Both the position numbers and the translations under genes were made by a program. A stretch of DNA of 64,000 nt from a virus (lineage: Duplodnaviria > Heunggongvirae > Uroviricota > Caudoviricetes), in the IMG/VR virus record IMGVR_UViG_3300032303_001313, positions 17,172 to 81,171 of that record; one strand, given 5' to 3'. This document shows positions 41,101 through 48,200 of the stretch, piece after piece (positions within the stretch are counted from its first letter, which is position 1; every line of letters begins with the position of its first letter). Under the pieces are notes generated by a model. That model was given only the letters and a program-made list of their open reading frames with translations. It was not told the origin of the DNA and made no database searches.

Positions 41101-43061
41101 TATCTTCTATACAAGTTCAAAATGGGCAGTTTGATTATGTGAAAATCAGCGATGAACAACCAGAATATTCCGAGACAATAGAGGTTGTTAGATCAATCAG
41201 CACTGATAACTCAAAGTATTGTGCTAACGGATGTGAATTCTTAGGTAATCAATTAATAGAAGACGGCCCAGTTATTGCTGCACAAGAAATAGAGATAATG
41301 TCTCCATTTAATGCGGGTGTAGCAAGATCAAGAATCACTGTCATTACTGACTCTAGCATATTGCAGGGTAGATTTGTCGCTGACGAGGACGGTAGTATTC
41401 CACAAGAAACCTACGCTTTCATAAGAAGTCTTTATCCCAATACAGAATTCCCATCTACTATAATGGGCCGACAATTTAATGTATATAACAAGATAGTTTC
41501 TCCAGAGAGAGGAAGTCCATCTAAATACTTCCAAAAAGCACAACTATCTGGAATAAACAATAGATTTGGAGGAAGTGGAACTTTAACCGCCCCGCTTAAT
41601 CAATATGAAGCAAACTATTTACCGCAATATATAAGTAGACCAGACGTTCCTTGGAAAGATGAAACCGATGAAGATAGAATCAATGAGATTAAGAACCATT
41701 TCATTAGCGGTTTCCTAAGTAGCCAGATTAATCATGCATCTACTGCTAAATTTAGTGGCATTATAGATGGAACAATGTATACTGACGCCTCAGTTGCTGG
41801 AGGACTACCACAACTAGTTAAAGATAAAGGATATGATTATCTAGAATTACCATCTGGATACTTGGGCGATTTATTCGGATATGCAGTATGCGTAAGAGGA
41901 AATAAGATCGTTGTTGGTTCTCCATTCTCAGGATTTGATACCGAAACAATTACTCCTTGGAATAGTGGCATCAATCTTTTCTTAGGTAACGATGGCGGTG
42001 CTGGTGCTGCTTATATGTTCGAAAAATCTGGAGAATTATCTTGGTCTTGTGTCCGCAAATTCAGACCAGATTCTCTAATGGGTCAAGTTAGTGGAGTTAA
42101 TTCTGATCAATTCGGACGATCAATAGATATGCAATATGACACATTAGTAATTGGATCGCCAAATCATGATTATGCTAACTTCTATAATATTGAGTATAGC
42201 GATGGGGCTTTTGCTAAAAAGAATTTCAATCCACAGTTTGATACTCCACATAGAACAATATCTGATGGTGGACTCTTAAACACAAGAGATGAAGTAGAAG
42301 ACTTATTCTATAATAATTTTGGGGCAATTTACCTATATGAAAATAAGATAGTTGATTGGGAGAATAAGAAGCAATCATGGAAACTTATAGAGAAATCAGT
42401 CGCCAATCCTCCAGCAAGCGGGGTTAAATATGGTCAAAATGTATGCTTAAGTAGACCTAGAAGATCAGATGCTGATTACTCAATATTTGGAGGATCAACA
42501 CAGTCTGGTTGTGTTTATATTCAAGATATTATGCTTAGAAAGCAATCTCCTTCTCTAAGAAACAATAACGCTTGGATAGACGCTAAAGTATTTGGAGATG
42601 GAGATGGTGTTGTAAATCTAAGATTCAGTAATAGTGGTAATTACTATTATGGAAGCGGTAATATTCTACCAAATTCCAAGGGTGAGATATTCCTAGAGGT
42701 TTCTGGACAAGACCCGTCTACGAAGGGTTTTATCGCTCACCACCCCTATATTGAGTCCGTATTAGGCTATTATCAATATGGTAAATTATTAGATGGTGGA
42801 ATGAACCTTTATACTAGCGGAATGCCACTATCGCCAACTGCCCAATTACCCCTCATTTTAGATGCTGAAAAATCTTCATATGTGTATAGTAGTGTAGGAA
42901 TGTTCAACGACGGTGTTATTGGCGTAGCGTCCAATTCTGGCTTAAATCTGTTTAATTACACAGAAAGCGGAGTTGTAGTAGGCTCATCTGGCCTAACATT
43001 AGTCACTAGCGGGACATGGAATTCATCGGAATCTCTGAATTTAAGAATTAGAGGGAAATAA
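32133..43061 (+). CDS. Giant virion protein with LamG-like domain and FG-GAP (integrin-alpha-type) propeller blades
   Basis: 3642 aa directly after the tape measure. FG.S(V/I).....(V/I)(A/V)(V/I)G(S/G)P blades at about 37095, 37400, 38300, 38640, 41870 and 42110. Confidence 0.7.
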   Translation: MTCLVCNIDNRTRFSTGSKLSATVSVDNGLRARLSAISKVTPKNGVTRGCKANISCVSSLDSTPNVTFGPKEELSHFVNLGIKASPVCSILGNARNKSESSLTNKVPVDKFVGKPNFYASSKLYPIGDISFKNKLYNTNIDVLNGQSNSINLYSNIDEGVFVGDYTENSKVGTLLSDDSQSLIFPSEVFQSGDLQYKFRVTYPFANPANSYLALRASASLDDYSARKPQGYKIYDVQLQDPSGNLIVQYEDIDVRGDNNFTTYLSQSKINKANQPTWNSDFPYMDSGNPLNLQSQPYSLTLNIGYICDQFPFDPKFDLGYERSCIISSGTPHPFRSLSISAIEIGNSGGVGVIKNNYLNFFSQVTNQPNLLSRNLLPTRLLVSSFDNGIYPQSTSLWTDSVVTNANDSNSYSLLNKIRTNSNNEFITLDYTNIQNSGRLILKFDTKPEPPSYDKYVGGSFSFGNDGFENADFVNYLADDNFFNIEKIELKITAKKSVGSVDYPIDVVGYSDDKILCVTSPVGGFLQNSGTYEYDRNNVVNASGFNSTAFSISNTAISDQSQYFNGDASYYGDHYVLSSAIVNSTSFTEYTVPLQITENPFSVGYNNYSSSSFFENLFLDIAPIPSGASISNVKLVVYYKPSNGLMMYGFGSPNNKVSGRKTLTLVPGSNVGGNRINTIVYPDTKFIGFSNPLDIKTNYARRWRGVDGNVVISGDFNPSIYDLSFNHKSANTPFLTSYIDFSNASGTGIYDHRNTYVGKSVINLNKLSTLGWRFSSSQLFDNSPTTAYTSISWSNQRRIYDSFDNVVRTSSGSQIELFSLNNTSLASGFALYFRYCPDKVSTNDFNNHTILSYENGSDWSMALVSENGNLKFNVKKSDNSIVTIIDTQALNLYALPVPILITYNNDNTKTFKLYTENDLLSGFTNLRASSASGIIPKSLSNSSLRIGYSGAYGGTIIPMFVTEIGCSNGYCNITQSSTNPSLKQTTAAEFFNSFRMQYASTNGNNVRSNLHSYIDDDISLWKLGDFKVCDFSPDFSFFTKSDGKDYLGFNLKHHGSGYSQVATLPLPSSVNLSGVAYHSQLESDFLRFNLSNIPSVDSGRFYAAAPRICKTLPKGYQFNDEAICVDTIVEHETYNDLLWSDGKVGPKLIVSLYSPTLNDPNRPSKDFGLISRSTHYLEPSGCIRKLTSKFTFNDLLDTSEPWASFDKEIYSQEFKERFFTKDIDSMFLQYDLVYPSGKPFTSNVKIHSANVRLDDAIIHLEENNNSLNMFNSGDAYQLKQLNLFSLFNSGTVSNSGFHLYVNGSVPSTSSLNVFINSSGYFVNPQTVNLYTASIGKTYESLGIYASGALRVEASLPLIASGFIHTNNNNLNIYTLGPNANEGSISEFVGLRVLASNSLVDYYPESSMSLSIAGEELASTNAFSILYVGGIGTIGYSNNDISLFTLNYPISSKLADNSASINWTNLNTGSNIMASDNSYAYVDSDDNIRGVDLVCQGNCSSIGACVEIPVEIHGIKWYDPPICVDGGIFRAKNTYTNLSYPSGSFRHTFESKQDSLITETGDFIIANNNDIITINIPSSSVYDPMPYSGHFYGIKKYTGLAPNLPYFVTITGRTGSEKPIDIPTEIVEIEYNKYESDDPNVDYNGLKVLPPNYNQNDYFGKSVASKENVLAVGSPFRSLPYENGSLQNAGAVFLYKRNDRPEGYEWPLNNYKSDWSLDQVITLPSGLIKDYSISSQIEVPGLPFLATQTKWFVGQEGRQFGHSIDLSINKENSKQILVVGGPSAKWTPREFDNSTPSGVGIGLMIFTDEFEPVIPAPTFGNPFRVITYQNVLDAINGKDLVFNYFSNPRVKFDTKLIICQPIADSTDIVSPPFPDKPDFITLKSISRNYGYGNDPNKTSKIVNDMKSAFFEAFPNSIPPILGLYVDNSNSLGREALEPAIDQFIDFYKSYSFSGGLVDSFGVRSSGQVIEYTPDSYDAENWIEMSKTILSEVLDTGNLVNNDQMRFISNTVGTFNSNLGDFNLPPESGGKVYVFEKESGHWNLIQEINSPNVTYSTPDRFGHSVSISDNGEVIAIGSPYINQAVTILERKDVKKSYYQQLQSWVDNNRPDKYGSYESSDELYLALDATDKFLSRKELNIEEYQTVHTFDYSNMQPQGNWSFIPNAVAPTSRLGYSVDVNEDGSVVVASAPTDSLNPYNDADVYYNFNNTYTGKLYRTGYNNPNSSGVPTGTVNSTWSSSVNAGSIHVFESRKYYPHNTVIEYGRFGNLHEMISDNTPDSGHFGYLSQIFEDKNFTKTEFSDSEIPTEAGLAFIITPAVDAITNSDEVFDNISNWLALGDRNLVLVANDPIWEAGGKYQKSNEILNTLLSKLNSRMRIVPARTSYESLSTGYNDFNNILPSFIPQGSTPTYVQRLQLRGSGVADVKMYFGYTDQMSCAEVTDCSPDPVKVQIQTKCEMPLRNYGDLRAKWNESCCTNGGILIYERNWPLVFGSYAPECGDTSFSPNPLKNFEPVPLLAAAEKVQNTVVYPAVPAQFKAFPKYDTIDLGQTYYEFGSPIDDDASFVYNSGNQASLNITNTLSSELFYRLSEGILQARAIPKIDITPYIDKQLVSDTTNYIVEQKYNDSSSVIVIAGNATESEDVLYSGAGDQNVKLYVNLVSKTSSQKGYSDIAKLYGEFKSSNPKSILKTVFTQNGNYVTENLNPNQLNSTYNVAWIAGISSQPSNEDVEFITNWLSLGNKKLVITCDNVSDDASVRLASSLHAQELCERLNLNIKVVKLPILDTYIEKSVGTVSINQDHQAGGSLFLKPNRILSFQNLSQFYPLSAGDSVISVAYNSEKIYDDVVRENVNRYWDTNAGIARITIPTIQGSGYKLFFTALSDNLSQIIPLDVFVDNATVAPSLSPDIGSLSIFELDKDGVQFISKELSTSVPNIRLQGSETKSVNIQANSDSVNVYISSAIPRAAEQSAFIPTTMKLVGVSGVNIPIHEKIALSSIQVQNGQFDYVKISDEQPEYSETIEVVRSISTDNSKYCANGCEFLGNQLIEDGPVIAAQEIEIMSPFNAGVARSRITVITDSSILQGRFVADEDGSIPQETYAFIRSLYPNTEFPSTIMGRQFNVYNKIVSPERGSPSKYFQKAQLSGINNRFGGSGTLTAPLNQYEANYLPQYISRPDVPWKDETDEDRINEIKNHFISGFLSSQINHASTAKFSGIIDGTMYTDASVAGGLPQLVKDKGYDYLELPSGYLGDLFGYAVCVRGNKIVVGSPFSGFDTETITPWNSGINLFLGNDGGAGAAYMFEKSGELSWSCVRKFRPDSLMGQVSGVNSDQFGRSIDMQYDTLVIGSPNHDYANFYNIEYSDGAFAKKNFNPQFDTPHRTISDGGLLNTRDEVEDLFYNNFGAIYLYENKIVDWENKKQSWKLIEKSVANPPASGVKYGQNVCLSRPRRSDADYSIFGGSTQSGCVYIQDIMLRKQSPSLRNNNAWIDAKVFGDGDGVVNLRFSNSGNYYYGSGNILPNSKGEIFLEVSGQDPSTKGFIAHHPYIESVLGYYQYGKLLDGGMNLYTSGMPLSPTAQLPLILDAEKSSYVYSSVGMFNDGVIGVASNSGLNLFNYTESGVVVGSSGLTLVTSGTWNSSESLNLRIRGK

Positions 43062-44932
43062 TGCTAGTAATTCATCGTAAGAATTCGTCTGGTGTACAAC
43101 CGTGTGTTATACGTCCAGTGCCGCTAATTTCTATCAACCATAATGTACTTAGAAATAAGGCTGGTGTACTTGGGAGTTTTTATGACATTACGTTAACAGG
43201 CACTATTATTTCTGACGAAGGTTCGCCCTATTACATTATTGGAGATGAATCTAAGGGTAAAAGTAATAGCGATGTTAGCACTTCTTATTCTCATGTTTAT
43301 ACTAGACCATCGCACGAAACGGTTCCTGTCGGTCACGCAATGACCTCAATTATTGCTAAACAAAATCTTTTGAGAGAACTCTTTGTATTAGATGGTCAGA
43401 AGTTTGAGTTGCTTCCTGCTAAATTAGATACTGGTATTAATGAGACATACGATATTGTAGGTCTTGAAGATGAACCAGTTTTAATATTCTATCCTACAGT
43501 TCAAAACGTAAACTTTGAAGAAGGTATCTATGTAAATACTTGCAAATATACAATTACGTTAAGAGCGGAAGTACTTTTAGATAAGTCTGAAAAGATTATC
43601 GCTGACGGCTTGATTAATTCCACATTCACTCCTAGTGGTAATAATAATGTTGTAACTACTAATAGTGATCGTATGAGTTTAACTGGATTACTAGCACAAA
43701 GCGGATTTGTTGAAGACTATAACGAAAGTTGGTCTATTGAAGTTGACGAGGGTAAAGGTACAACTAATACTTCTCAGTCCCTTACATCTAACTCATTGTC
43801 TTTACCATCTGGACATATAACATCTCTAAGAACATATAGGTTGACTAGAAATGTTACTGCTACTGGTAGAACTATGTATTATGAAGAGGGCGGAAATACT
43901 AAACGTAAAGAGGCTTGGGAACAAGCACAGAAATATGTTTATGCCTCTGTCTTAAAAGACAATGACAATATTTCAACTAATAACTCTACTGGTTATGAGC
44001 AATTTCCAGAATATTCTATTGGGCAGTATTTTGGTAGTGGGTTTTTAAACATCGCTAAAGATTCATGGGGCGGTTACAATCATTTAAGAACAGAATCTAT
44101 CGATGTAACAAATGGCACATTCACACTAAATGATACATGGTTATTATCTAGTGGAAATGCTTATGAAGATTATCGTTTTTCAACATCTAAAGGTTCTGAT
44201 AATGGACTACATAGAGTTAGTATAGAAGGTACAATCAAAGGATTATCAAGCGCCCATGCTGGATCAACTCAATATGGTGGGTCAAATACTGCACCTCCAT
44301 CATTTGGAAATCCTCCACTAAACACTCAATATCAAAATGCTCTTTATAAGTGGCATCAAGTTAGTAATACTGGACAGTATGGGCCTAATTGTTACCTCTA
44401 TAGACGAGCCAATAATATAGTACATCAGCAACTAAACCATATTCCACTATCAATTAGTTTGGGAACTAATGAGTTCACTGGTGAAATTACATATAGTATT
44501 GACTATGATTCTCGTCCAACAAATATTGTGAGCGGAGCGTTGTCTGAAAATATAACTTGTAATGATACTTATCCCGGCGACATTTTTGCTATTATACCAG
44601 TTATTGGTCGTGAAACTGGCCCAGTATTACAATACATTGGCGGTAGAACAGAATACAAACGGGACTTAACAATAGAATTAGTGATGGACAGATATTACTC
44701 GTCTGGTAATGCTGGTACTCTGACAAATAGGCTAAGACAAATTGGTATTTTATCAAAGCCTAGTCTAAACGAACCATTTAAGAGTCAGATAGGTTCTATT
44801 ATTCATGCTTATAGTCCTATTCAAGAGCAGGGAATTAGAAAATATTATGTTGCTCCACCAGTGGAAAGTTGGGATTATAGAACAGGAAGATATTCATTAC
44901 AACTTAACTGGACGTATGAGTTAAATCGATGA
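43061..44932 (+). CDS. Tail-tip/hub structural protein
   Basis: 623 aa with alternating beta strands (ESWSIEV, GTFTLNDTW, GEITYSIDYD); position after the tape measure region. Confidence 0.5.
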   Translation: MLVIHRKNSSGVQPCVIRPVPLISINHNVLRNKAGVLGSFYDITLTGTIISDEGSPYYIIGDESKGKSNSDVSTSYSHVYTRPSHETVPVGHAMTSIIAKQNLLRELFVLDGQKFELLPAKLDTGINETYDIVGLEDEPVLIFYPTVQNVNFEEGIYVNTCKYTITLRAEVLLDKSEKIIADGLINSTFTPSGNNNVVTTNSDRMSLTGLLAQSGFVEDYNESWSIEVDEGKGTTNTSQSLTSNSLSLPSGHITSLRTYRLTRNVTATGRTMYYEEGGNTKRKEAWEQAQKYVYASVLKDNDNISTNNSTGYEQFPEYSIGQYFGSGFLNIAKDSWGGYNHLRTESIDVTNGTFTLNDTWLLSSGNAYEDYRFSTSKGSDNGLHRVSIEGTIKGLSSAHAGSTQYGGSNTAPPSFGNPPLNTQYQNALYKWHQVSNTGQYGPNCYLYRRANNIVHQQLNHIPLSISLGTNEFTGEITYSIDYDSRPTNIVSGALSENITCNDTYPGDIFAIIPVIGRETGPVLQYIGGRTEYKRDLTIELVMDRYYSSGNAGTLTNRLRQIGILSKPSLNEPFKSQIGSIIHAYSPIQEQGIRKYYVAPPVESWDYRTGRYSLQLNWTYELNR

Positions 44933-45258
44933 CTTCTAATACTTCATCAGAACGAAAAAATCTTTCTGAATTTGTATCAAATATTAGTACTGAATTAACT
45001 AGTGGTATTATAGGACTTACTAATGGATTATCCTATAATCCAAGTGAATTGAATACAAATGTTATAGCACCTACAAGATTGACTTTTAATGCACTTGGAG
45101 TTTCTAATGGTTTACAATCAGCATTAGATGGAATTACTGATTTTACAGCCTATAATCCTTATATACATCATCAAAATAATGTAACCGTCAATGTAATGCA
45201 GAACTTGGTTGTAGCATCTAATAGATTTGAAATTTATAGCAGGCAATATAGAGGATAA
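44929..45258 (+). CDS. Hypothetical protein
   Basis: ATGA overlap with the upstream stop; fills the gap in the operon. Confidence 0.5.
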   Translation: MTSNTSSERKNLSEFVSNISTELTSGIIGLTNGLSYNPSELNTNVIAPTRLTFNALGVSNGLQSALDGITDFTAYNPYIHHQNNVTVNVMQNLVVASNRFEIYSRQYRG

Positions 45259-45259
45259 T

Positions 45260-48200
45260 ATGCCAGACAATGTACCATCAACAAATAGTTTGACTAATAA
45301 CATTTACGGAAATAGTTCTTCTGCATCTGTACAAAGTGGTATAGATGGTAATAGTGTTATGCCCGCTAGTGGATATTACGGTAATAATTGGCCCTCTCGT
45401 AGTGGTGCTGTAATTCCACAAGGAGTTTCTGCCGGTGGATGGACTGTTGATCCAACTACTCCAAACACTTTTGATAGAGGATATAAACAGCAAACTTTTC
45501 TTGGAGCATCTATTCGTAATTTTAGTATGAATGGTGGGTTTGGAGATAGTAGTTCTACTTTATCAATGGAATTAATAGCAGACGAATATAACAAGTCTGA
45601 TGGAAATGGCATAGGTTACGGTGACGATCCATATCATAATGGAGTAAATGATAACTTTGTTCCTCCAATTGCTGGTTCTCCTGTATTTTTTAAGTTCGGC
45701 CCCAATCTAGCAACTGTTGAAGAAGCATATAGAAACACATTTGACAAGACTTATCGTTACAACACTATAGGTAACAGAACGATAGTTTCTGCTGCACCGT
45801 TTGATAAAGAAAACTTTACTTCGTTAGCAAATAATCAGTATGTTAATTTAGAATCAAATACTGTAGTAGATTTTAGTGCATACTTGAATAACCCATCAAG
45901 GGGTGCTGACCATATAACATTTGGTGGCATTCTTCAATCGTATGTTCAAAATCGTGGCCCCGGCGGTAATCCTCTATATTCAGTACAAGTTACTGATCCT
46001 AGAGAAATTCTTTCTAACGTAGTTTTAGTTCTTAATAACTACGCAGGCACAGTATTCAATACTCAAAATGTGTTTAATATCTATGGATTTTTAGAACACA
46101 ATATGACTGCCGCCACTTCTGGAGCATTACAATCACAATTCCGAGACTACAATGTTCTTACTAAGTATGTCAATCCAACTAACGGATTTATTTCTTATAG
46201 TGGTTCTAAGGACGCTTTAGCACCATTAGATTGTTGGTTCAAGCAAGGAATGCCTCTATTTGGATCATCTGGTAATTATCAATCTTTTCCACTTACAGGA
46301 ACCGGATTTTCTAGAAGAGGGCCGCAGGGTATTCCTTACTATAGAGTAGCACAAGCAGTAAATGCTTTAATGTCTATTGACTACACTCTTCCAACTGAAT
46401 ACAAAAATCGCGGCTTTGGTAAAGTGATTAATTTCCGAGGTTATAACTATGTTGTAGATTTCGGCGGATTACCAACATTACCATCAATGTACTATCTAGA
46501 TTTTGATCAAGTTAATTTGCTTGATTTAGCATTAGAGATTTGTGAAGTTACTAGCAGAGATTTGTTTGTATCATTACTTCCCGTTATAAATCATCCAGCC
46601 TGTCAGTTTCTATACAATAATCAAGGTTCAAATCAAGACACTTTAATTGCTGGAATTATTAGATTAGACAGCATTGATAGATCACACGCCCCCGTATATG
46701 GTGCAATTAAAAGATATATTGATAGTTTATCTGCATCTGGAATAACTGTAGAAAATCAAGACGTTGGATATGAACTATCTAATGTAACTACTGATAAGTT
46801 CGTTGTTGGGGCGCAAGAAGTAGATATGTATTGTTTTTCATCTAATGGCGATAGAGATACATCAGATGTAAGAACTAAACGTTCTGGAAAAGATGCCGAA
46901 AGTGAGAATTGGAAACAATGGACTTTAGACAAACAATTAGAACAGCAAATTTTACCATACTATGGAACACTTGGACAAAACGCCGTAACTATTCCTAAAG
47001 GGTGGGGAGCATATCAACAAATTTTACTTGATAGCACCGGATTGAATGCTAAAGGTGTTGGTGCTTATTACGTTGCTACAGAAATGGAATTAAGATGTGC
47101 ATCAGTTTCTTATGAATGTTGGAAAAATTTCTTACAACAATATAATGACATTTATTTAGAATCAATTGAAGATAATGATTCTGTGGAAGGTTCTGCACTA
47201 GATCAAACACCGCAACTACCCGGTATTAACTTACCAGTTGCTCCTAATATCTCTAATAACTATGCAGTTACGGTTCCAAGATCAGTATTTGAAACATATG
47301 CTGATCAACCATTCGGTAAAGACAAACTACCAAAAAGTCCATGTAACCCACCTTATGGGTATCCACTTTATTACAAACGTATGACAAAGATTGGTATTCC
47401 AGAGGGCGGATTAACTAAACTACAAGCCCGTATTACTGGACTATTAACAGCAAGCGCACAAATTAGGGGTGCAGATGCTGATAGTTATCAAGAGATAAAG
47501 AATAATCTTTTGAAAGACTTAGAATATATTGTGCAAGAATATGGAAGTTTAACTCCGCAAGAAAAAGATTTTTACAATGCTCTTTCTACTCAACTTGCAT
47601 TACCAAATCCAGACTTTTCTATACTTAATAACATAGAAGAATCTCTTCATAAGGTTAATGCAATATTCCCTAGACTTGCTAAAAAGGGTACAGAAAACGC
47701 CCTTAAAGTATATCAATTCTTAAAGAAGATTGCAGATGAAAATCTAGGCAAGAAGTTCTTAGTTAGAATACCAAATAAAGTCAATTTCAATTATGAGAAT
47801 AACGTTGCTTGGAATGGTAGTGCGGCTGCTGGGAAGTATAAAACAGGCCCGTTTGGATTCAGACCGCGATCTATAAGTGCTAATCCTGGCGATGACTTTT
47901 CTGCTTCATTCTTAAGTGGATATAGAAGTAAAAGCAGTAAAAATATGTTTTCGTTTCTATCAAACAGCACTGATGCTAACCAGAATTCTTATATTGGCGC
48001 TTTAAAATCCAACTTTAATCCCGTATCAGAAAAATTTGAGTTTAATTATGCACCCTCTAATATAGGTGGATATTTACCATTTGATTTATATGCTAACACA
48101 TTAACATTTCAACAAATATCATCTTTACCAGTAGCAGCAGTTCCAAGGGCTGTTAGCCAAGGTTTAGTTCCGCAGGATATTACAAATTTCCTAGATGAAA

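Noticed and set aside
42900-43061. Separate small gene starting at the internal Met (MFNDG...) after GTGTATA 42882
   Set aside because: AGGA abuts the ATG with no spacer; cannot be distinguished from chance.
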